A DNA stretch of 64,000 nucleotides, from positions 9,176-73,175 of the forward strand of contig JBEKYC010000013.1 of NCBI GenBank assembly GCA_049511415.1, in the 5' to 3' direction. Each line of letters begins with the position of its first letter. The first letter of the stretch is position 1. Below the pieces are notes generated by a model, which searched no databases, was not told where the DNA came from, and saw nothing but the letters and a program-made list of their open reading frames with translations. The DNA is from Bryobacteraceae bacterium. GTDB lineage: Bacteria; Acidobacteriota; Terriglobia; Bryobacterales; Bryobacteraceae. This document shows, in pieces, positions 9,770 to 17,689 of this stretch. The translations under genes and the position numbers were made by a program.

Positions 9770-9952
9770 GTGACTAACGAAAGCACCGTAGATAGTCCGG
9801 TCGCCTTTGCGGCTTCCGACGTACAAGAATTGGCATCATCCGCAGCCTGGGTGTCGCGCCTGAAGGGCATTCCCTGGACCCGCGTGCTGGTCGACGCGCT
9901 CCTGGTGGCGAGCGTTTTGCTGGCCTCTTCCAGCCTGTTGACAGTGCGATAA
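9770..9952 (+). CDS. 60-aa single-pass small membrane protein, homolog of micro-ORF 8459..8563
   Basis: GTG start 8 nt after AAGGAGGA and 4 nt after the upstream stop. C-terminal 'PWTRVLVDALLVASVLLASSSLLTVR' parallels 'AWPRLLVDFLLLAGMILVSSKLLTP'. Confidence 0.5.
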   Translation: MTNESTVDSPVAFAASDVQELASSAAWVSRLKGIPWTRVLVDALLVASVLLASSSLLTVR

Positions 9953-9985
9953 GCGCGCTATAAAGCTATCCTAAGCGGCGACCGA

Positions 9986-11236
9986 TTGGAAGGCATGGCG
10001 GCCGTCCGGTTCCTCGCCAGGCTACTCGTATTTGCCGTTGCGCTGGCGCTGCTGGCCGGCCTGATGCTCTGCTTTCGCATCGCCTCGTACACCTATCTAG
10101 CTTCATCTCTTGCCGGTTCCCTCGTAATTTATCTTTGGAGCCGCCCCGGTCCGCGCTGGCTGGCCGCGACCGCATTTTCAGGCGCAGCCTGGGCCGGCGT
10201 GTACGCCGCCGCGCTCGGCGGTCCTATCCTGGCTGCCGCTCCTGCCTTTCTGGGCTTGGGCAGCTTGAGCAGCCTGGTCGGCGCGGCTTTGTGGGGCGAT
10301 CCGGCGCGGCGCGGCGCCAGATTGGATACCTGCCTGCTGGCCTGCATGTTTCCCTTGTTTCTGGTGATCTCCAGCTTCTCCCTGGCGGTTACGAGCGCCT
10401 CCCATGCCCGGACCTACGATCTGTTCTTGTACGCGTTTGATGCGCCATTGGGACCCGCCAGCTTCTTAGTCGGACGCTTCGTCACCGCTCATCCAATCCT
10501 GCAGCGACTGTGTTGGATGACTTACGAAGGCCTGCCGCTGGCTATGGCCGTCGCCTGTGCGATCGAACCGCGCCGCGCGGCCCGGCAGGCTCCCAGCATC
10601 ATGACGGCGTTCGTGGTTGCCGCCGCCGGCGGCTTTGTCCTGTACAATTTTTATCCCGCGGTGGGGCCGATTCACATCTTCGGCCCGTGGTTTCCGTACT
10701 CGCCGCCGCCTCCGGGTTCGCCTCCTTTCCGGCTGGCGGCGGCCGGCACGGCGCCCCGCAATGCCATGCCGTCCGTCCATGTCGCCATGGCCTTGCTGAT
10801 CCTCTGGCACTCGCGCGCGGCGCCGCGCATCTGGCGCTGGATCGCCGCGGCCGTCCTGGCGCTGACAGTGCTGGCCACCCTGGGATTCGGCGAGCACTAT
10901 CTGGTGGATTTGTTCGTGGCCGTACCGTTCGCCCTGCTGGCGCAAGCCCTGGCGGCGCCCGCTTTGGCAGATGCCAACCGGATTCGTTTCGCCGCCGCCG
11001 GAACCGGCGCTCCACTGGTGATCGGATGGCTCGCCTACTTGCGGCAGCCGTGGCCTCCGTTGTACGGGCACCCAACCGTTGCATGGACCTTCTTGCTGGC
11101 CACTGTGCTGCTGGCTCTGTGGATGGAACGCCGGCTCGATCGCGCCACGGCGCTCGTTAACCAAGGACAACACAATCGCGGACAACACAACCGAGCCACC
11201 GCGTCTCACCAGATAATGGAAGCTTGCCGGCCCTAG
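9986..11236 (+). CDS. PAP2-superfamily polytopic membrane protein, paralog B
   Basis: 416 aa. 'RNAMPSVHVAMA' and 'EHYLVDLFVAVPF'. 'YDLFLYAFDAPLG' aligns with 'YDHYLYAFDGSLG' of paralog A. The tail has an in-frame GQHNR GQHNR duplication. Confidence 0.7.
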   Translation: MEGMAAVRFLARLLVFAVALALLAGLMLCFRIASYTYLASSLAGSLVIYLWSRPGPRWLAATAFSGAAWAGVYAAALGGPILAAAPAFLGLGSLSSLVGAALWGDPARRGARLDTCLLACMFPLFLVISSFSLAVTSASHARTYDLFLYAFDAPLGPASFLVGRFVTAHPILQRLCWMTYEGLPLAMAVACAIEPRRAARQAPSIMTAFVVAAAGGFVLYNFYPAVGPIHIFGPWFPYSPPPPGSPPFRLAAAGTAPRNAMPSVHVAMALLILWHSRAAPRIWRWIAAAVLALTVLATLGFGEHYLVDLFVAVPFALLAQALAAPALADANRIRFAAAGTGAPLVIGWLAYLRQPWPPLYGHPTVAWTFLLATVLLALWMERRLDRATALVNQGQHNRGQHNRATASHQIMEACRP

Positions 11237-12699
11237 CGCGCATCCGCCACCGCCTGATTCCCTATCTCGCAATCTCCCTGGCCGTGCTGACGCCTTGCTT
11301 CTGGCAAAAGCGCATTCAGGCGGGCGATCTCTCGAGTCACATCTATAACGCCTGGCTGGCGGGATTGATCGAGCAGGGGCGAGCCGAAGGCCTGACCCTC
11401 GTTCCGCAGACCCATAATGTGCTGTTCGACCTGCTGCTCAGCGCACTGCTGCGCGCCTTCGGACCCGGACCAGCACAGCGCATCGCTGTATCGGCCGCCG
11501 TGCTGGTTTTCTTCTGGGGAGCATTCGCGTTTGTCTGGAGAATTTCGCGGCGAGGTCCGGCCGAGGCTCCCTGGGAATGGACGCCCTGCCTGGCCATGCT
11601 GGCCTATGGTTGGGTCTTTCACATGGGACTGTTCAACTTCTATATCTCGCTCGGACTGGCCCTTTGGTCTCTGGCCGCCGCGCCCTGGAGGACTCGTCGC
11701 GGCTTGTTGACAGCCGCGCTGCTGTGGATTCCAGCCTATGTGGCGCATCTGTTGCCCGTCGTGTGGGCGGTTGGCGTGACCGCCTATCTGCGTTTGGCCC
11801 GAGCTATCCCTCCCCGGTATCGCGCCTGGCTCGCCGGCGCCGCGGTGGCGGCCATGGCCCTTTCCGGTCTGCTGCTGAAGCTGCTATTCCACGCCCAATG
11901 GACTTCCGGCCCAAACCTGTCTTTCACCGGCGCGGATCAGTTCTGGGTCTTCGGAGAGCGCTACCTGCCGCTGGCCCTGGCCGTCCTTTTGCTATGGGTT
12001 TTCGGGTTTCAGGCCGTGCTCCGGAGGCGTGGACCGCGCCGTACCTTGCTGGACGCGCGCTTGCATCTTTGCATTCTGAACGCGGCCTGTATTCAGTTAT
12101 TGCCCAGCGTGATCGTGCTGCCCGCCAGCGGGCAGGCCGAAAGTCTGCTCATCGGACGGATGTCGCTCGCCGGCGCCGTGCTGTACGCCGCACTGGCGGC
12201 TACCGCCCGCCAGCCCAAATGGTTGTCCGCCGGCATGTCGGCCGCCGCCGCCGTCTTCTTCATCTTCATTTATCAGGACGCCGGGGCTTTGAACCGCGTG
12301 GAAGACCGCATGGAACATGCCGTGGCGCAACTGCCGCCCGGACAGCGCGTCGTCAGCGCTTTGATGGATACGAACCTGCGCGAGTTTTCCCTGCTGCACA
12401 TAGTCGATCGCGTCTGCGTGGGGCGCTGTTTCAGCTATGCGAACTATGAACCGTCGGTGGGCCAGTTTCGCGTGCGCGCCGAGCGTCCCAACCATATCGT
12501 GACGGCCGACTTTCGCGAGTCCTGGGCCATGCAGGCTGGAGGATACGTCGTGCAGCCGCGCGATCTGCCCCTGTACCGCATCGACCTGTGTAGCGGCGCG
12601 GAATTGTGCGCGTCTCCGGTCGCCGCCGGTGTCGCCCTGCAGCGCCACTGGCTGCGCGTCACGCCCGATTTGTGGAAAGCGCAAAGGGGAGAAGAATAA
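11224..12699 (+). CDS. polytopic membrane protein with Cys-containing C-terminal domain, paralog B
   Basis: 491 aa. 'CFWQKRIQAGDLSSHIYNAWLA', 'DRVCVGRCFSYANYEP..FRVRAER..LYRIDLC'. The TTG start overlaps the upstream PAP2 gene by 13 nt and is uncertain. Confidence 0.75.
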   Translation: MPALARIRHRLIPYLAISLAVLTPCFWQKRIQAGDLSSHIYNAWLAGLIEQGRAEGLTLVPQTHNVLFDLLLSALLRAFGPGPAQRIAVSAAVLVFFWGAFAFVWRISRRGPAEAPWEWTPCLAMLAYGWVFHMGLFNFYISLGLALWSLAAAPWRTRRGLLTAALLWIPAYVAHLLPVVWAVGVTAYLRLARAIPPRYRAWLAGAAVAAMALSGLLLKLLFHAQWTSGPNLSFTGADQFWVFGERYLPLALAVLLLWVFGFQAVLRRRGPRRTLLDARLHLCILNAACIQLLPSVIVLPASGQAESLLIGRMSLAGAVLYAALAATARQPKWLSAGMSAAAAVFFIFIYQDAGALNRVEDRMEHAVAQLPPGQRVVSALMDTNLREFSLLHIVDRVCVGRCFSYANYEPSVGQFRVRAERPNHIVTADFRESWAMQAGGYVVQPRDLPLYRIDLCSGAELCASPVAAGVALQRHWLRVTPDLWKAQRGEE

Positions 12700-12740
12700 G
12701 CCGCGTGTGGAGAGATGTTACAATTCATTTTCCGGCGGCG

Positions 12741-13340
12741 ATGCGAGCTTTCAAGCATGGTTTGATGTTCGTGCTGATCATGCAACTGGCAGGTTGCACG
12801 TTGCACGACAAGAAACAAGCCTCGGCGCCGCCGCCTCCCAAGCCCGCGGCGGTCGCGCCCCCCGCTACGGATCCCCAGCCCCTCTCTTCGCCGCAGACGT
12901 CCGTCACGTTGCCCAGTCCGCAGCCGGTAAACCCAGACGCTATTCCGCCCGTGAAAACGGAAGCCACGCCCGCGCCGGCGGAAAAGCCGGAAGTTCAGGC
13001 CGTGCCGCAGCGTTCTACACGCCACGCCAGCAGTCCACAGAGGTCGGAAGCCGAGCCAGAGGCGGAAACCCCGGCGGCCCCTGCCGAAGAACAACCCGCA
13101 TTTCAGCCCATCCTGACTCCCGAGGAACAGAAGCGTATCGCCGGCCTGATCGAGTCCCGCAAGAAGGAAATCGGCGCACTGCTCGTTAAGGCCAAACACA
13201 CCACGGCGGATCAGACCAAAACGCAGCGCATCAATTCTTTCCTCAGTCAATCGGATGAAGCCCGGCAGCGCGGCGACTATGCGCAGGCCGAATCGCTCTC
13301 GGAGCGCGCCGTGATCCTGGCGCGGGAACTGGGTGAATAG
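12741..13340 (+). CDS. lipoprotein with Pro/Ala-rich linker
   Basis: ATG 12741 gives MRAFKHGLMFVLIMQLAGC (lipobox LAGC). This is followed by a low-complexity PPPPKPAAVAPP linker and a helical C-terminus. In frame with listed ORF 12606..13340. Confidence 0.7.
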   Translation: MRAFKHGLMFVLIMQLAGCTLHDKKQASAPPPPKPAAVAPPATDPQPLSSPQTSVTLPSPQPVNPDAIPPVKTEATPAPAEKPEVQAVPQRSTRHASSPQRSEAEPEAETPAAPAEEQPAFQPILTPEEQKRIAGLIESRKKEIGALLVKAKHTTADQTKTQRINSFLSQSDEARQRGDYAQAESLSERAVILARELGE

Positions 13341-14412
13341 CGAGTTCTCGGCGCGCCGCCGTCTGGTCAGCGACGGGCTCGAGAATCGCCAGCTCGATGC
13401 CATGCTGGTTTCCTCGCCCGCCAGCGTCCGCTACCTGACCGGATTCACCGGCAGCAATGGCGTGCTGTTGGTCATGCCCGGTGAAGCCGTCTTCTTTACC
13501 GATCCGCGATACGCCATCCAATCGGGCCAGGAAGTCTCATGCCGGACTCAAGTGTGTAGGGGTCCGATTCTGCCCGCGGTGGCCGCGCTGGCCGGCAAAA
13601 AGCGCGTGCGCCGCATGGGCTTCGAACGCGCGCATCTGAGCTTTGACGCCTTCGATACCCTGCGCGCCAAAATGCCCCTGAGCGCCTCGCTCGAGCCGGT
13701 GGTGGGCTGGATGGAAGCCCTTCGCATGCTGAAATCGCCCGCCGAAATCGCGCGCATCCGCAAGTCCGTGGACGTCAATTCGCAGGCCTTCGAGAAAGCC
13801 GCGCGCAGGCTCCGGCCCGGCACGCGCGAGCAGGATCTGGCCGCCGAAATCGAGCATGCCATGCGCCGGTTGGGAGCGGAAAAGCCGTCGTTTGAAACCA
13901 TCGTGGCCTCGGGCGCCCGCTCTGCCTTGCCCCACGCCCATCCCACCGGTGCGCGCCTCAAATTGGGGCAGTTGCTCCTCATCGACATGGGCGCGTTCGT
14001 GGATGGTTACGCCAGCGATATGACGCGCATGCTCTTCCTGGGCCGCCCCGGCGCCCGTGTCAAGCGGCTCTATCGCGCCGTGCTGGAAGCCCAACTGGCC
14101 GCCATCGATGCCGTCCGTCCGGGCGTGACCACATCGCACGTGGACCGCCAGGCTCGCCACGTCTTGAAGAAATTCGGCCTCGACCGCGCCTTCGTGCATT
14201 CCACCGGGCACGGCTTGGGGCTGGAGATCCACGAATTGCCGCGCATCGGCCGGAAGGACAAAACACTCCTCGCCGCCGGCATGGCCATCACCATCGAGCC
14301 CGGCGCTTACCTCGAAGGCTTCGGTGGCGTGCGCATCGAGGACACCGTGGTGGTCACCGCCGGCGGCTGCGAAGTGCTCACGCCCACCAGCAAAGAGTTA
14401 CGGGTTCTATAA
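13333..14412 (+). CDS. Xaa-Pro aminopeptidase/dipeptidase, peptidase family M24B
   Basis: 'DMGAFVDGYASDMTR', 'HSTGHGLGLEIHE', 'ITIEPGAY..GGVRIEDTVVVT' are canonical M24 metal-ligand motifs. Confidence 0.9.
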   Translation: MNSEFSARRRLVSDGLENRQLDAMLVSSPASVRYLTGFTGSNGVLLVMPGEAVFFTDPRYAIQSGQEVSCRTQVCRGPILPAVAALAGKKRVRRMGFERAHLSFDAFDTLRAKMPLSASLEPVVGWMEALRMLKSPAEIARIRKSVDVNSQAFEKAARRLRPGTREQDLAAEIEHAMRRLGAEKPSFETIVASGARSALPHAHPTGARLKLGQLLLIDMGAFVDGYASDMTRMLFLGRPGARVKRLYRAVLEAQLAAIDAVRPGVTTSHVDRQARHVLKKFGLDRAFVHSTGHGLGLEIHELPRIGRKDKTLLAAGMAITIEPGAYLEGFGGVRIEDTVVVTAGGCEVLTPTSKELRVL

Positions 14413-14425
14413 TAGGCTTCGGATT

Positions 14426-15340
14426 ATGTCTAAACTTTCAATCGTCCTGGCCGCGTTGCCGGCGTTTCTGATTTCGTCGTTCGCGCAAAGCCCCAGCCCC
14501 TTCGTGGGGCGCTGGGATTTCAACCTCAAGACCCCGCGGGGCGCCGCCGCCTGCTGGCTGGGCATCACCGAGAAAGACGGCATGCTGGACGTGTGGTATC
14601 AGCCGGCCGGAGGCAACGTCTATCAGCTCAAGGATGTCAAGGTGGCGGAATCCCATCTGATACTGAGCCTGTCACCGAATCAAGCCTGGGATCTGACGGC
14701 CGCCGGCGACAAGCTCACCGGGGTGTCGAAACGTGGCGACAACACCACCGAACTGACCGGCGTGCGCGCCCCCGAGTTGAAGCGCAAAGAGCCCAAAGCT
14801 TGGACCAAGCCGGAGCCGCTCTTCAACGGCAAGAACCTCGATGGCTGGGAACCGATTGGCGATGCGGCCCATAACCACTGGACCGTAAAAGACGGCCTGC
14901 TGGTGAACGAAGCCCACGGCGACAATCTGCGCACCACTCGCAAGTTCGAAGATTTCAAGGTGCATTACGAAGTGAACTGCCCCGAAGACGGCAACAGCGG
15001 CTTCTACCTGCGCGGCCGTTATGAAGTGCAGATCGAATATGAGCCGCTAAGCCAGAATCCGCCGGAACGCCGCATCGGTTCGGTCTACGGGCGGATCGCA
15101 CCCACCGGCGATCTCCCGCGCACGCCCGGCAAGTGGGAGACGTTCGATGTCACCCTGGTGGGACGCATTGTGACCGTGCTGCACAACGGCGTAATGACCA
15201 TTGACCACAAAGAGATCGAGGGCATCACCGGCGGCGCGTTGGACGCCAACGAAGGTGAGCCCGGCCCGTTTTATATACAGGGCGATCACACCGGCGGATT
15301 GCAGTTCCGCAACATCACGGTTTCGGTGGCTAAGAAGTAA
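14426..15340 (+). CDS. DUF1080 (3-keto-disaccharide hydrolase-like) domain secreted protein
   Basis: ATG 14426 gives signal peptide MSKLSIVLAALPAFLISSFAQ. 'GWEPIGD..HWTVKDGLLVN', 'NSGFYLRGRYEVQI', 'IQGDHTGGLQFRNI' are DUF1080 hallmarks. Confidence 0.85.
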   Translation: MSKLSIVLAALPAFLISSFAQSPSPFVGRWDFNLKTPRGAAACWLGITEKDGMLDVWYQPAGGNVYQLKDVKVAESHLILSLSPNQAWDLTAAGDKLTGVSKRGDNTTELTGVRAPELKRKEPKAWTKPEPLFNGKNLDGWEPIGDAAHNHWTVKDGLLVNEAHGDNLRTTRKFEDFKVHYEVNCPEDGNSGFYLRGRYEVQIEYEPLSQNPPERRIGSVYGRIAPTGDLPRTPGKWETFDVTLVGRIVTVLHNGVMTIDHKEIEGITGGALDANEGEPGPFYIQGDHTGGLQFRNITVSVAKK

Positions 15341-15353
15341 TCGGGGAGCCTCC

Positions 15354-16421
15354 GTGAAAGTCCTGCTGCTGGCCTTCGCCGCGGCTCTCGGCTTGGCGCG
15401 CGGCGCTCAGCCTTCGTTCGAAGATCTGCTCAGACAGATATCCTCCGCACCGGGCGATACCTGTGCCGATCCAAACGACTACCACGATCTGGAGTGGCGT
15501 ATCTTCGACGCGGCCGATCAGGCCGTTGTGCGGAAGCTCAACGAGGCTGGGGGCGCACGTGAGGCGCTGCAGAGCCTGGAACGTTTGAGCGCGGAGATCA
15601 ATAAGGGCTGGCCCGAGGATAGTCGGTTTCATTTCCAGATACTCGATTTCTCTCCTCTGGTCGTGGTGGAGATGAGCGTTCGTGGCCGCGAGACATTCTC
15701 GGCTTTTGCCGTTGCCAGGCACAACAAACGATGGGGGACCGTCAGCTACTACGACGAACATTGGGATAAGCGCGCTTTCCGAGATTCGCTGGGTCTCTAT
15801 CCGCTGCAGCGCGGCCCGGCCAACAGGCCGCGCTTCCTGGTCGCTTTTGCCGCGGTCGGCTGTGCAGGCAACAGCTACGAGACCGCCTATTACGCTTACG
15901 AATGGGATGCGGAGCGTCCTGCCGGCCTGGATGAAGTCATCAAAATCGAAGGCGCCGAGGGCCTTGACGGGCCGGACAACCCGGATCCGGACCCGCTGAA
16001 AGCGTATGTTCCGATCGGCGAGCTGCACACCAACGGCCCGCGGATCAGCTTGCCATATTGCTGGTTCTCGGCGATCGACACGTGGGACAACCCGAGCCTT
16101 TGCGCCATGGATACTTACGACTTATCAGGCGATGACGTGCGCTTCGTTGGCAGAGTCTTAAACCGCCCCGATTTGTTGCCGATTGCGAAGGCCATCCAGT
16201 ATGCGCAGGCGAGAGATTACCCGGCTGTGCTCGCTTACTGCGCATCGCCGGAAATCGCCTCGCGCATGGTGAGAGACGTCCCGCCCTTCGTCTTTGACTC
16301 TGGCCCGCACCTGTCGATTCAACGATCCGGCGGGGCCACGGAGCGGGTGGAAATCGAGCCGTTCCAGTTCAACGTAGAAAAGCGTGGTGATCGCTGGCTG
16401 GTGGTCTCGTTCCGGAAGTAG
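15354..16421 (+). CDS. hypothetical secreted protein
   Basis: GTG 15354 after GGGGAG. Signal-like VKVLLLAFAAALGLARGA. Coding-like composition, no domain recognised. Confidence 0.65.
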   Translation: MKVLLLAFAAALGLARGAQPSFEDLLRQISSAPGDTCADPNDYHDLEWRIFDAADQAVVRKLNEAGGAREALQSLERLSAEINKGWPEDSRFHFQILDFSPLVVVEMSVRGRETFSAFAVARHNKRWGTVSYYDEHWDKRAFRDSLGLYPLQRGPANRPRFLVAFAAVGCAGNSYETAYYAYEWDAERPAGLDEVIKIEGAEGLDGPDNPDPDPLKAYVPIGELHTNGPRISLPYCWFSAIDTWDNPSLCAMDTYDLSGDDVRFVGRVLNRPDLLPIAKAIQYAQARDYPAVLAYCASPEIASRMVRDVPPFVFDSGPHLSIQRSGGATERVEIEPFQFNVEKRGDRWLVVSFRK

Positions 16422-16423
16422 CC

Positions 16424-17683
16424 TTACGACTCTTTTATTAGGCGCCGTGAATTGGGCGCGTAACCTGGAAACACGGTCGCCAAATCGCGATTACCCGACT
16501 GGCGCATCACCAGTTCCCCCAGCACATCGCGAAAATCGGTAGTTAGCGCGAGATCCCGTCCTTCGTATAGTTGCTCCTGCTCCAGGCCCGGCCACTTGCC
16601 GTACACCTTGCCGCCGCGCACGTCGCCGCCCATGACGAACATGCAATTGGCATGGCCGTGATCCGTGCCGCGGTCGCCATTCTCGCGCGCCGTGCGCCCA
16701 AATTCCGACATCGTCACCAGCGCCACGTCGCCCATGCGATCGCCCAGGTCCGTCCAGAACGCCGCCAGCGATTGCCCGAACTCGCTCAGACGCGCGGCCA
16801 GTTGCCCTTGCGAGGCGCGCGGCCCCACCTCGTTGACGTGATGATCCCATCCGCCCACGTCGGCAAAAGCCATTTCCACGCCGACATCGGCCTTGATGAG
16901 CTGCGCCACCTGCCGCAACGAATCGCCGAAGCGACCTTTGGGATAGTTCGCGCCCGCGGCCGGCTGATACGGACGCTTTTGCACCGCCTGCAGCAGCGAC
17001 ACGGCTTCGAATGTCGAGCGTCCCGCGGATTGGAGCAGCGGATCGCGGCTGTCCGTATACATCGCGGCAAACTCCGTGGCCGCCTGCGCATTGCGCACCT
17101 GAAAATCGCCCAGATTCTGAACCGCTACCGCCGGAACCGGACCGCGCATGGCGCGCGGCAGCGTGGGGCCCATCGAGACGGCGCGCACCGGCGATGCAGT
17201 CGCGCCGGCAGCCAAATGCGGCAGCGCGCGATTCATCCAACCGTCGCCGGTAACCTTGATTCCCGGCGTGCCAGACTCCATGAAATCCTGGGCGTCGAAA
17301 TGCGAGCGCGTGGGATCGGGTGACCCGGCCGCTTGTACGATGGCCAGGTGACCGCCGTCCCACACCGGTTTGAGCGGCGCGAGCGACGGGTGCAGCCCGA
17401 AGAATCCATCCAAGTCGATCGCCGCATCTTCCCGCCGGTCGCCAACCGGCGACGGACGCGGCACGGCGATCGTCGGACGCAAATCGTAGTAGCGCCTCTC
17501 GCCGTGCGGCACCACGATGTTCAGGCCATCCGCCGCGCCGCGCTGGAAAATGGCAACCAGTATCTTCTTGCGCGGCGAAGGCGCGCCGTCGGCATACAGC
17601 GCGCGCTGCAGCCATAAAGGAGCGGCCCCCACGCCGACCATGGCCAGCGCGGAGTTACGAAGAAAAATCCTTCGGGTAGACAT
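16424..17683 (-). CDS. DUF1501 domain-containing protein (sulfatase-like fold), Tat signal
   Basis: 'MSTRRIFLRNSALAMVGVGAAP' is a twin-arginine leader. 'GGWDHH', 'SEFGRT..ENG.RGTDHGH' are typical of DUF1501. Directly downstream of DUF1800. Confidence 0.9.
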   Translation of the reverse strand: MSTRRIFLRNSALAMVGVGAAPLWLQRALYADGAPSPRKKILVAIFQRGAADGLNIVVPHGERRYYDLRPTIAVPRPSPVGDRREDAAIDLDGFFGLHPSLAPLKPVWDGGHLAIVQAAGSPDPTRSHFDAQDFMESGTPGIKVTGDGWMNRALPHLAAGATASPVRAVSMGPTLPRAMRGPVPAVAVQNLGDFQVRNAQAATEFAAMYTDSRDPLLQSAGRSTFEAVSLLQAVQKRPYQPAAGANYPKGRFGDSLRQVAQLIKADVGVEMAFADVGGWDHHVNEVGPRASQGQLAARLSEFGQSLAAFWTDLGDRMGDVALVTMSEFGRTARENGDRGTDHGHANCMFVMGGDVRGGKVYGKWPGLEQEQLYEGRDLALTTDFRDVLGELVMRQSGNRDLATVFPGYAPNSRRLIKES

Positions 17684-17689
17684 GATGGT

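Noticed and set aside
11165-11194. 15-nt tandem duplication (GGACAACACAATCGC / GGACAACACAACCGA) considered as a possible repeat array
   Set aside because: Only two in-frame copies within a CDS tail (GQHNR GQHNR). It is a simple slippage duplication, not CRISPR or a regulatory array.
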